From Bryobacterales bacterium (GTDB lineage Bacteria; Acidobacteriota; Terriglobia; Bryobacterales; Bryobacteraceae): DNA of 64,000 nucleotides. The DNA is taken from positions 269,213 to 333,212 of the forward strand of contig CAWAPW010000006.1 in NCBI GenBank assembly GCA_963784025.1, read 5' to 3'. Under the pieces are notes generated by a model. It was not told the origin of the DNA. It saw nothing but the letters and a program-made list of their open reading frames with translations, and did no database searches. Numbering within the stretch: the stretch's first letter is position 1; every line of letters starts with the position of its first letter. Of this stretch, positions 9,511 through 18,445 are shown piece after piece. The position numbers were made by a program, and so were the translations under genes.

Positions 9511-9637
9511 GGCTCTAACAGGCTTCGGCTTGTTCCGATAAGCGCAGCTTTAGTGTCATTATCGTATGGTCAGAAGCACCAGCTGCTCGCGAGCAAACAC
9601 GACCGACTTCCCTCGTGCAACAGTGGAATCAAGCAGC

Positions 9638-10060
9638 ATGACGCCAGCCACCGATTCCACTGCGCTCGACCGCCAGTTGGCCTACGCCGTGTTTCGCGTC
9701 ACCCTTGGCATCAACATTCTGGTGCACGGCGCGGGGCGTATTTTCGGACCGGGCGCGGAAGCTTTCGCGTCCACCACGGCGGCTGAATTCAGCAAGACCG
9801 CGCTACCGGCGGGAATGGTGCATGCGTTTTTATTCGTTCTGCCCTTCGCCGAACTGGTGCTAGGCGTGCTGACTACGCTCGGCCTGTTCACGCGCTGGGC
9901 CTTGACGCTGGGCGGCCTGATGATTGCCGTGCTGGTCTTCGGCACGGCAATGCGCAGCGACTGGAACACGGTGGGCGTGCAAATGATCTACGCGATCACG
10001 TATTATCTTCTGCTGGTCAATCGCGGTAGCAATCGATTCTCTTTGGACGCGCTGCTATAG
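9638..10060 (+). CDS. DoxX-family membrane protein
   Basis: Start taken at MTPATDSTALDRQLAYAVFRVTLGINILVHG. Four hydrophobic segments in a DoxX-like layout. Confidence 0.65.
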   Translation: MTPATDSTALDRQLAYAVFRVTLGINILVHGAGRIFGPGAEAFASTTAAEFSKTALPAGMVHAFLFVLPFAELVLGVLTTLGLFTRWALTLGGLMIAVLVFGTAMRSDWNTVGVQMIYAITYYLLLVNRGSNRFSLDALL

Positions 10061-10073
10061 AATATTTACGTTT

Positions 10074-11588
10074 ATGATCCACGCCAGAATCCTTTTTGCA
10101 CTCGTGCAATTGCCGCTGTCCGCAGCCACCTGCGAAAGCCTCGGCTCGCTGGCCGTCCCGCACACCACCATCACAAGCGCGCAAACGGTTCCCGCAGGCC
10201 AGTTCACTCTTCCCGCCGGCACTCCGCCGCCGTTCCCCGGTGCAGCGGGACCAAACTTCAAGGATCTTCCGGCGTTCTGCCGCGTTTCAGCGACCGCTGC
10301 GCCCACCAGCGATTCGGAAATCAAGATCGAAGTCTGGATGCCCGTCTCCGGTTGGAACGGGAAGCTGCGCGGCACCGGCAATGGCGGACTCGGCGGCAAT
10401 CTCAGCTTCGGTGGACTCGCTACCGCCATGCATGGCGGTTTCGCGGTGGCCGCGGAGAACACGGGGCATGAAAACGGCTCCAGCTACGCGCTGGATCATC
10501 CCGAAAAGATTGTAGACTTCGGCGATCGCGCCGCGCACGAGATGACCGTCACCGCCAAAGCCGCCATCGCCGCTTTCTACGGCAGCGCGCCCAAGTTTTC
10601 CTATATGGACGAATGCGGCGGAGGCAGTATCGCCGCGCTGAAGGAAGCGCAAAAGTATCCGGGCGACTACAATGGCGTGGTGGTGGGCGGATTCGCCGCG
10701 CACCTGACGCACCACACCTTCGCGCAGATGTGGATCTGGCAAGCCACGCACAAGGACGCCGCCAGCGTGATTCCGCCGGCGAAGTTTCCGGCGATCCATA
10801 AGGCCGCGCTGGAAGCCTGCGACGCGAAAGATGGCGTGAAGGACGGAGTGATTGAGAATCCCACTACTTGCAGGTTCGATCCGGTGGTGATCGAGTGCAA
10901 GGGCGCCGACAGCAATGCCTGTCTCACTGCGCCGCAAGTGGAGGCAGCACGCAAGCTCTACGCAGGCCCCAGGAATCCGCGCACGGGCGAGCAGATTTAT
11001 TCGGGACTCTATCCCGGCAGCGAGCTTGGCTGGGGCCAGCTCACCGGCGAGGTGCCGCTCGGAATTCCGGTGGACTTCTTCCGCTACTACGTTTTCAAAG
11101 ACGCGAACTGGGACTATAAAACGCGTCCGGTTAATTTTGATTCGGACGTGGCGCTGGCCGATAAGCCGGCCAACCAGCCGGTGAATGCGATCGATCCGGA
11201 TATCAAGAAGTTTGTCGCTCGCGGCGGCAAAATGCTGCTGTGGGGCGGCTGGAACGACGCCGGTGTCCCTCCACTCGAAGTGGTGAACTATTACAACAAT
11301 GTCACCAAAGCCATCGGCGCCAAGACTGCGCTGAGCGCCGTGCGTTTATACATGGCGCCGGGCGTGGGGCACTGCGGAGGCGGCGAAGGCACGGATCATT
11401 TCGATCTGTTCCCCGCCCTGCAAACCTGGGTGGAGCAGAAGCAGGCGCCGGGCCGAATCGTTGCGGCGCGCATCGAGAACGGCAAAGAGGTTCGAACGCG
11501 TCCGCTGTGCGCTTATCCGGAAATCGCAAGCTACAACGGGAGCGGCAATGCGGACGACGCCGCGAACTTTATTTGTAAGAAGCCGTGA
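10074..11588 (+). CDS. Tannase/feruloyl-esterase family protein with the nucleophile Ser replaced (CGGGS instead of CSTGG)
   Basis: 504-aa intact ORF with a signal peptide. Paralogue of 14553..16049 along its full length. HC motif retained (GVGHCGGG), but the CS motif reads DECGGGS at 10611-10628. Confidence 0.8.
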   Translation: MIHARILFALVQLPLSAATCESLGSLAVPHTTITSAQTVPAGQFTLPAGTPPPFPGAAGPNFKDLPAFCRVSATAAPTSDSEIKIEVWMPVSGWNGKLRGTGNGGLGGNLSFGGLATAMHGGFAVAAENTGHENGSSYALDHPEKIVDFGDRAAHEMTVTAKAAIAAFYGSAPKFSYMDECGGGSIAALKEAQKYPGDYNGVVVGGFAAHLTHHTFAQMWIWQATHKDAASVIPPAKFPAIHKAALEACDAKDGVKDGVIENPTTCRFDPVVIECKGADSNACLTAPQVEAARKLYAGPRNPRTGEQIYSGLYPGSELGWGQLTGEVPLGIPVDFFRYYVFKDANWDYKTRPVNFDSDVALADKPANQPVNAIDPDIKKFVARGGKMLLWGGWNDAGVPPLEVVNYYNNVTKAIGAKTALSAVRLYMAPGVGHCGGGEGTDHFDLFPALQTWVEQKQAPGRIVAARIENGKEVRTRPLCAYPEIASYNGSGNADDAANFICKKP

Positions 11589-12549
11589 GCCTGCTTCTCA
11601 ACCCGGCTTTCACGGATTCGTCGATGAACGCGGCAGCGATGGCAGCGTCATTACAGGCCGCGAAATCGGTGTCTGTCCAGCCGAAGTGCTGTTTCAGATT
11701 CCGGTATTCTTCCGTCAACGTGATGTTCGTAATGGTGCGCGTGTCGGTGCTGATACTGAGCGGGACGCCCGCGCGGTAAAGATCGTCAACGGCGTGCTCG
11801 GCAAACTCCGTCGAGATGCCCGTCTGCAGGTTGCTGGTGGGACACACCTCCAGATGAATACGCTCACGAATGAGGTGGTCGATCAGAGCCGGATTTTCGA
11901 TGCTGCGGACGCCATGGCCGATTCGCGAAGGTTTGAATTCGCGCAGCGTTTCCCAAACGCTGTCGGGGCCGCGAGCCTCGCCGGCATGAGCCGTGCGATG
12001 CAAACCGTGTTCGATCGCGTAATGAAAGGCCGGGATGTTCGCATCAATCGGATACCCGGCTTCATCGCCGGCAATGTCCAGCGCCACCACTCGAGTTCCG
12101 CGAAACTGTTGCACCAGGCGCGCGGTCAAAAGCCCTTGCTCCTGGTCGAAATGGCGCAGGGTACATAAGATCAGCCGGGCATCGATGCCGCTCTGCCGGA
12201 TGCAAGCTTCCGTCGCGCGATCCGTGACGGCAACCACTTGCTCGGGCGTCAAACCGCGCTCCAGGTGGAGTAGCGGCGCGAAACGAATCTCGGCATAGAT
12301 CACGCCATCGGCGGCGAGTTGCTCGAACAGGTCATTCACCACCAAGGTTAGCGCCGCTTGGTCCTGCATCAGTTGAAAACCGCGCGGCGCGCGAGTCAGG
12401 AAATCGGCGAGGCTGGTGCAACGTCGAGGTGCGATGAACTCGCGTTGGTACTCTTCGAGCGATACCGAGTTGTCGAGCTGCGAGACGGCGGCGAAGCTCA
12501 ACGAGCAATCCAGATGGAGATGTAGTTCGACCTTGGGAAGTTCCTTCAC
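11569..12549 (-). CDS. add: Adenosine deaminase family protein
   Basis: 326-aa intact ORF. N-terminal metal-binding motif LPKVELHLHLDCSL, plus HAGE and SISTDT motifs. Confidence 0.85.
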   Translation of the reverse strand: MKELPKVELHLHLDCSLSFAAVSQLDNSVSLEEYQREFIAPRRCTSLADFLTRAPRGFQLMQDQAALTLVVNDLFEQLAADGVIYAEIRFAPLLHLERGLTPEQVVAVTDRATEACIRQSGIDARLILCTLRHFDQEQGLLTARLVQQFRGTRVVALDIAGDEAGYPIDANIPAFHYAIEHGLHRTAHAGEARGPDSVWETLREFKPSRIGHGVRSIENPALIDHLIRERIHLEVCPTSNLQTGISTEFAEHAVDDLYRAGVPLSISTDTRTITNITLTEEYRNLKQHFGWTDTDFAACNDAAIAAAFIDESVKAGLRSRLTASYK

Positions 12550-12565
12550 ACTCCCAGGTTATCGC

Positions 12566-12612
12566 CTACCGGCTCCCTTACGGTCGCGGCTCGGAAACTC
12601 CGCCGTCGCGGC
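12566..12612. repeat. REP-A half unit
   Basis: ACCGGCTCCCTTACGGTCGCGGCTCGG is the reverse complement of the CCGAGCCGCGACCGTAAGGGAGCCGGT arm seen at 19916-19942. Confidence 0.5.
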
Positions 12613-14465
12613 TATTCGACACCGAACGCCAGCAGCACGTTTCCGGTGTTTCCCGAAGTGACGCCGTAGCCCGATCCGATGAACAGCATTCCGTTCGCGA
12701 TGGTGGGCCCGATGGACGCGATGGATCCGCCCTTGGCTTCCACCTTGTTCACGGTGTCGAACGAGCGCGTAGTGTCGTAGGACCAAAGCTCCGACCCATC
12801 GGCGGTGGAGAGCGCGTGCAGTTTGCCATCGGTACCGGCGATGAAAACAACGCCCGGCATGGCGGTGGCGGCCGCGGCATTGTTGACGCGCTTGCCGGGT
12901 TCGGCCAGATCTTTGTGCCACAGCTTCTCGCCGGTGGTTAATTGAATTGCGGTGATGCCGCCGCCGGTAGCGCCATAATAGGCGGCTTTCTCATCGAACG
13001 CGCCGCCCCACACGATTCCGCTCATGCGGAAAAACGGCGTGCCGGGAGGATTGTCGGACACCTTCGCTTGCCACACCATCGCGCCCTTTTTGTCCGGATC
13101 CAGCGCAAACACTTTCCCGTCTTTTGTTCCGGCCACCACGATGCTCTTACCGCCCGGCAAATTGCGCAGCACGGGCGAATTGCCGATGTCCAGATCCGGC
13201 CCGTTCTCTTTCGGACAGTTGTCGGTCTTCTGCGGACCCATGCAGCCGCCCAGGAACGCGTCGCCGGCCTGCGCCTGGTAATACCACAGCACCTTGCCGC
13301 TCTTCATATCCACCGCCATCACGGAATCGGACATCTTCGCGGCGGGCTCCGTCTCTGAATCTCCCGTGCCGAAATAAACCGCGTGTCGCTTCTCGTCGAT
13401 GGTCGGCGAATTCCACACCGAAGCTCCGGCCGGCGCGTACTGCTGCACGCCTTTCGAATTCAGGCGCGTGGGTTTGGGCGTTTCGGGAACAACATAAGTC
13501 TTCCAGGACTGCTCGCCGGTGCTGGCGTTCAGCTTCACCACGCTGCCGCGCGACGTGCAGCACGGATAATCCAGATTCGCCGCGGCGAATTCTTCCGACG
13601 ACGACACCGGCACATACAGGTAGCCGTCATACAGCTTCGGCGACGCCGTAATGCGCGCCACGAAATGATTGTCCACCTTCTTGATCCACAGCTCCTGCCC
13701 GGTCTGCGCGTCTATCGCATAAACATTGGCGTGCGCGTCGCCGAAGAACACAGCATATTTGGTGGTGCCATGACCCTTCACCGGCCCGACGCTAGGCCCT
13801 CCACGCACGTTGCCCTTAGCTTGATAGGACCAATAGACGCACCCAGAGGCGGCGTCCAGCGAATAAACATATCCGATGTCGCTGCCGACGAAAACCCGGC
13901 CCGAGGCAACGGCCGGCTGTCCGAACGCCGAGACGCCGGTGGGATAACCGAACGCCCATTTCAGCTTCAGATGCGGCACCTGGTCGGCCGTCAGCCCCGC
14001 GCCTTTCGCGGTCTGATAGCGAGCATTCGTTACGTCGGGACCCCAGCCATTCCAGCGCGCGCCCTCGCTTGGATCGCTCATCGGCGGATTCGCTTCACAG
14101 TGATTGGGCATGTTCTTCGCATCGCCTTGCTCGGCGCTGCCAAACGTGCGGCCACTCAGAAAAACCGCGGTCATGCGCTTCTGGTCGTCACTCAGCGGCT
14201 GGCCTTGCGTCTTCATCGGGCCGGTGGTGAGCGCCTCATAAATCTTTTCGGGCGACAGTTGCCGCAGTGTCGCAGGATCGGGAACGCGCCCAGCCATGTT
14301 GGGATTTCCGTGGCAGCCCATGCACTTGGTTTGGAAAACTGCAAAACCGGATTCGGTTCCAGCCGACTGCACATTCGGCCGGGCGGGCTGTTGCGCTTGC
14401 GCGGTGAAGAGAGCGAGCGACAGGCTCGCGGCGGCAAACACAACTGGGTGGAAGCTTCGTGTCAT
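12612..14465 (-). CDS. Cytochrome c-fused PQQ-type beta-propeller dehydrogenase
   Basis: ATG at 14465 with an AGGAAA SD. Signal peptide MTRSFHPVVFAAASLSLALFTAQA. Haem motif CMGCHG. Repeated propeller blades (VYSLDAASG, VYAIDAQTGQELW, VMAVDMKSGKVLW, VFALDPD, LHALSTADGSELW). Confidence 0.8.
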   Translation of the reverse strand: MTRSFHPVVFAAASLSLALFTAQAQQPARPNVQSAGTESGFAVFQTKCMGCHGNPNMAGRVPDPATLRQLSPEKIYEALTTGPMKTQGQPLSDDQKRMTAVFLSGRTFGSAEQGDAKNMPNHCEANPPMSDPSEGARWNGWGPDVTNARYQTAKGAGLTADQVPHLKLKWAFGYPTGVSAFGQPAVASGRVFVGSDIGYVYSLDAASGCVYWSYQAKGNVRGGPSVGPVKGHGTTKYAVFFGDAHANVYAIDAQTGQELWIKKVDNHFVARITASPKLYDGYLYVPVSSSEEFAAANLDYPCCTSRGSVVKLNASTGEQSWKTYVVPETPKPTRLNSKGVQQYAPAGASVWNSPTIDEKRHAVYFGTGDSETEPAAKMSDSVMAVDMKSGKVLWYYQAQAGDAFLGGCMGPQKTDNCPKENGPDLDIGNSPVLRNLPGGKSIVVAGTKDGKVFALDPDKKGAMVWQAKVSDNPPGTPFFRMSGIVWGGAFDEKAAYYGATGGGITAIQLTTGEKLWHKDLAEPGKRVNNAAAATAMPGVVFIAGTDGKLHALSTADGSELWSYDTTRSFDTVNKVEAKGGSIASIGPTIANGMLFIGSGYGVTSGNTGNVLLAFGVE

Positions 14466-14552
14466 AGTGGTTTCCTGTGATTTCCTTACGATCCCACAGC
14501 ATATCGAACGTTGCATGCAACTCGCAAGGCCGTTCTAACATATAAAGAACGT

Positions 14553-16049
14553 ATGCGATACCTGCTGCTCGTCATCGCGCTTTCGTCATCCGCCGCGGCG
14601 GCCACTCCGTGCGAGAGCCTGTCCAAGCTGGCGCTGCCGCACGCAACCATCACCCTGGCGCAGGCCGTGCCCGCGGGACAGCTGGTATTGCCCGCCCGCG
14701 CCGTGCCGGCGTTTCCAGGCTTTCCGCAGCCGAACTTCGCAAATCTTCCGGCCATTTGCCGCGTGGCTGCCACCCTGAAGCCAACGAGCGACTCCGATAT
14801 CAAGATCGAAGTCTGGATGCCTTCGCAAGGGTGGAACGGGAAGCTGGAATCTGTCGGCAATGGCGCGTGGGCCGGAAGCATCGGCTATCGCGACCTGGCT
14901 ACCGCCGTCACCGCCGGCTGGGCCGCGGCCAGCACCGATACCGGGCACACGGAGACCACGGCCGTGTTCGTCGTCGGGCATCCGGAAAAGCTGATCGACT
15001 TCGCCTATCGCGCGGTCCATGAAATGACGGTTGCCGCGAAGACCATCACCGCCGCGTATTATGGCAAGGATCCGGCGCGCGCGTACTTTAACGGTTGCTC
15101 CACCGGCGGCCGTCAGGCGCTCACCGAAGCGCAGCGCTACCCGGACGATTACGACGGCATCGTGGCGGGCGCCGCCGCCAATTATGCGACGCACCTGCAA
15201 GGCGCCCAGGTTTGGACCACCGAGATCACGAACCAAAGCGACGGTTACATCCCGCCCGCAAAATATCCGTTGATTCATAACGCGGTGCTCCAGGCCTGCG
15301 ACGCGCTGGATGGAGTGAAGGATCGCGTGCTGGGAGCTCCGCGCCGCTGCCACTTCGATCCGCAGGCGCTGCTCTGCAAAGGTTCCGATGCCGAAACGTG
15401 TCTGACGGCAGCCCAAGTGGAAGTGGCGCGAAAAATCTATGCCGGACCGGGCGCGTCGCTTTTTCCGGGCCTGGAACGCGGCAGTGAACTCGGCTGGGCT
15501 ACGCTCTCCGGACCGAAGCCCATGGCGCTGGCGGACGAAACCTATCAATACCTGGTGTTTCACGATCCAAATTGGGATTACCTGAAGTTCGACGCGGCGC
15601 GCGATATGGCGGCGGCCGATAAGGAAATCGGCCCCGTCATGAATGCCATCGATCCCAATCTCAAGCCATTTTTCAAGCATGGCGGCAAGCTGCTGATGTA
15701 TCACGGCTGGGCCGATCCGGGCATCGCTCCCGAAAACAGCGTGAATTATTTCACCAGTGTCGAAGATAATGTCGGCGGCAAATCGAGAGCCGCCGATTCG
15801 ATTCGCCTATTTATGGTCCCCGGCATGGGCCACTGCGCGGGCGGCGACGGCACCGACGATTTCGACAAAATCGGCACGCTGGCCACCTGGGTGGAATCGA
15901 ACAAAGCGCCCGATCGCATTCCGGCGGCGCATAAGACCAAAGGGGCGGTCGATCGCACGCGTCCACTATGTCCATACCCGCAGACCGCGCACTATAAAGG
16001 ATCGGGCAGCACAGACGACGCGGCCAATTTCGTCTGCGCGGCGCAGTAA
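14553..16049 (+). CDS. Tannase/feruloyl-esterase family hydrolase (catalytic motifs intact)
   Basis: Signal peptide MRYLLLVIALSSSAAAA. CS motif FNGCSTGGRQ and HC motif GMGHCAGG are present. Paralogue of 10074..11588. Confidence 0.85.
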   Translation: MRYLLLVIALSSSAAAATPCESLSKLALPHATITLAQAVPAGQLVLPARAVPAFPGFPQPNFANLPAICRVAATLKPTSDSDIKIEVWMPSQGWNGKLESVGNGAWAGSIGYRDLATAVTAGWAAASTDTGHTETTAVFVVGHPEKLIDFAYRAVHEMTVAAKTITAAYYGKDPARAYFNGCSTGGRQALTEAQRYPDDYDGIVAGAAANYATHLQGAQVWTTEITNQSDGYIPPAKYPLIHNAVLQACDALDGVKDRVLGAPRRCHFDPQALLCKGSDAETCLTAAQVEVARKIYAGPGASLFPGLERGSELGWATLSGPKPMALADETYQYLVFHDPNWDYLKFDAARDMAAADKEIGPVMNAIDPNLKPFFKHGGKLLMYHGWADPGIAPENSVNYFTSVEDNVGGKSRAADSIRLFMVPGMGHCAGGDGTDDFDKIGTLATWVESNKAPDRIPAAHKTKGAVDRTRPLCPYPQTAHYKGSGSTDDAANFVCAAQ

Positions 16050-16634
16050 TCAGAGCACGAACGGGATCAGCGCCTTCACTTCTTGCTGATATTCGCGATA
16101 TTGCTGGCCGAATTGCTGCAACATAAATTGCTCTTCCATCCGGGATTTCAGCCACCAGCCGCAGAAAGTGAGCGCCAACGCGACCAATCCCTGAAAGGTT
16201 CCGAAATAGATCGCGGTGCCGAGCATCGCGAGCAGTATTCCCGAGTAGATGGGATGGCGAACAATCGCGTACGGCCCGCGGCGCACGATCTCATGATCCT
16301 GTTTGATGGTGATGGTGGCGCTCCAGTTGCGGCCGAGAACAACTCGCGCCCAGATGGCGATGGCAAACCCGGCCAGCATAATGACGAAGCCAGCCCACTC
16401 GAATGTCGGCGCGCCTGGCAGGAAGCGCGCGTGCAAGAACCTCAGAGGAGGCCGCAACTGGGTTCGCCAACCAAACATAAGGATAAATCCCGAAGCCGCC
16501 AGCAGGCCTTGCAGGAACCGCGAACCGAGGGTCTGGGAGCGCGCGGTCTTCTTCGAGAATCCGGCGCTCAAGAGCCAGATTACGGCGAACGCAACCCATG
16601 TGTCGTAAATCCAGTCGAGAATATCGCGCTGCAT
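16050..16634 (-). CDS. Isoprenylcysteine carboxyl / phospholipid methyltransferase family membrane protein
   Basis: 194-aa intact ORF. Multi-TM, with C-terminal motif GPYAIVRHPIYSGILLAMLG...EEQFMLQQFGQQYREY. Confidence 0.75.
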   Translation of the reverse strand: MQRDILDWIYDTWVAFAVIWLLSAGFSKKTARSQTLGSRFLQGLLAASGFILMFGWRTQLRPPLRFLHARFLPGAPTFEWAGFVIMLAGFAIAIWARVVLGRNWSATITIKQDHEIVRRGPYAIVRHPIYSGILLAMLGTAIYFGTFQGLVALALTFCGWWLKSRMEEQFMLQQFGQQYREYQQEVKALIPFVL

Positions 16635-16670
16635 TTCCAGAATGCTAGACGATGGGAAAGAAGTGAAAGT

Positions 16671-17697
16671 TCACGACCACTCCAGAATTACTTTGCCCGC
16701 GTTGCCGGAGCGCATCACTTCAAAGGCCTGTTCGTAATCGCGACAGGAAAACCGGTGCGTGATTACCGGCCGGATATCCAGGCCGCATTCCAGCATCACG
16801 CCCATCTTGTACCAGGTTTCGTACATTTCGCGGCCGTAGATGCCTTTGATGGTGAGCATGTTGAACACCACGGTAGTCCAGTCGATGGCGATTTCCTGCG
16901 CCGGGATTCCGAGCATCGCAATCTTGGCGCCGTGGCTCATGTTGGCGATCATTTCGCGCAATGCCGACGACTGGCCGGACATCTCGAGGCCCACGTCGAA
17001 ACCTTCTTGCATGCCCAGTTGTTTCTGAACCTGCGCGAGCGGTGTTTGGGCCGTATCGACGGCGCAGGTGACGCCCATCTTGCGCGCCAAATCCAGCCGG
17101 TACGGATTCTTGTCGGTGATCACCACATGGCGCGCGGCCGCGTACCGCACCACGGCCGCAGCCATGATTCCGATGGGACCGGCGCCGGTGATCACCACGT
17201 CCTCGCCCAGCACGGGAAACGACAGCGCGGTATGGACCGCATTGCCGAAAGGATCGAAGATCGCCGCGACGTCCAAATCGATGCCCGGCTTGTGACGCCA
17301 CAGGTTGGTCATCGGCATGGCGATGTAATCGGCGAACGCGCCTGGGCGATTCACGCCGACGCCCTGAATGTGCGCGCACAAATGACGCCGTCCGGCCAGG
17401 CAGTTCCGGCATCGGCCGCAGACCACGTGGCCTTCGCCGCTCACCAGATCGCCCGCGCGAAAATCGCCGACGTTCGAGCCCAACTTCCACGATTTCGCCG
17501 GCAAACTCGTGGCCGATGGCCATCGGAACGGGAATGGTGCGCTGCGCCCAATCGTCCCAGTTGTAGATGTGAACGTCGGTGCCGCAGATGCCCGCGCGGC
17601 GAACGCGGATCAAGACGTCGTTGATGCCGATGGTGGGTTCGGGGATCTCTTCGAGCCACAAACCGGGCTCGCGCTTGCTCTTGACGAGTGCTTTCAT
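16671..17697 (-). pseudogene. tdh: L-threonine 3-dehydrogenase, one frameshift as sequenced
   Basis: [21 protein letters not shown]...[10 protein letters not shown]...[14 protein letters not shown] jumps frame to [34 protein letters not shown]...GKVILEWS. An extra G sits in the run at about 17479-17481. Confidence 0.85.
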
Positions 17698-17877
17698 GAG
17701 GATTTCATGGCGGCCAAGGAGTCGCGGCCGCCTTTCCATTGCACCACGAACGGGCCTCAAAAGTTGCGAGCTTGTGGAATTTGTGTGTGCCGGAAACGTC
17801 GGTTAGGGCGTTATAATTGTGGCTGGAGAGCGATCCGCTTGTTGAATCAGTTCCAAATCAACGGAGTATGGGAAGAC

Positions 17878-18324
17878 ATGCTCGCAGCAGAGGCTCGCTC
17901 GTTGTACTTTGGCGATCTTACGTCTCGCTATACGCGGCAGAAACAATGGATCACCGGAGCGTCGTTTTTCCTATCTTCTGGCGCAGCCGCGACAATTGTC
18001 GCGAAGGCGCCAGCATGGCTTCCCGGAATCCTAGCGCTGGTTGTAGCTTTACTGAATGCGTATTCGATGGCGGTTAATCTCGACGGGAGGATCAAGACCA
18101 TGTCCTCGCTTCATGCTACATGGAGCCGTATCGGTACGGATTACAGCCGCCTCTGGAGCCATACATACGCCGACGACGCCGAGGAACAGTTGAACGAGAT
18201 ACTCGAAAGGTCTAGAGTAGCCTCAGAAATTGCCACCACGGAAGCGCCAAACGACCAAAAGCTTCTGGGAAAATGGCAGGATCGGGTGTTTACCCTCCAC
18301 AATCTGACGGGCCAACACGGATAA
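17878..18324 (+). CDS. Two-TM protein, SLATT-like (tentative), in a lower-GC islet
   Basis: MLAAEARSLYFGDLTSRYTRQKQW, then TM1 (ITGASFFLSSGAAATIVA), TM2 (WLPGILALVVALLNAYSMAV) and a helical tail (SSLHATWSRIGTDYSRLW...). A TTG at 17842 is an alternative start. G+C is visibly lower than the flanks. Confidence 0.45.
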   Translation: MLAAEARSLYFGDLTSRYTRQKQWITGASFFLSSGAAATIVAKAPAWLPGILALVVALLNAYSMAVNLDGRIKTMSSLHATWSRIGTDYSRLWSHTYADDAEEQLNEILERSRVASEIATTEAPNDQKLLGKWQDRVFTLHNLTGQHG

Positions 18325-18360
18325 CCCGTGGGTCCTCCGTTAACGAAGAACTGGCCTCCC

Positions 18361-18420
18361 ATGCCGAAGGCCCCGCCCCCACCACCGAGGCCGCCACCAC
18401 CGCCCCCGAAGAAAGGCTAA
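18361..18420 (+). CDS. Polyproline micro-ORF (MPKAPPPPPRPPPPPPKKG), in frame with the preceding gene
   Basis: ATG at 18361, TAA at 18418-18420. It is in the same frame as 17878..18324, separated from it only by a TAA at 18322 and 12 sense codons. Coding status is uncertain. Confidence 0.25.
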   Translation: MPKAPPPPPRPPPPPPKKG

Positions 18421-18445
18421 CTGGGAGCAGTTTCCACTACAATAA

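Noticed and set aside
16083-17624. Very long ORFs antisense to real genes: 16083..17624, 13383..14480, 39187..40632, 56142..57356, 48022..49173, 31534..32421 and 6852..7961.
   Set aside because: They are typical high-GC shadow ORFs. Their products are Arg/Gly/His-rich with no motifs, and the opposite strand encodes clearly recognisable conserved proteins.
17509-17877. The N-terminal 120 codons of track ORF 17509..18324.
   Set aside because: This part is antisense to the tdh 5' region and has an Arg/Ala/Gly shadow composition. The plausible gene begins at the ATG at 17878, or the TTG at 17842, where G+C drops and TM helices begin.
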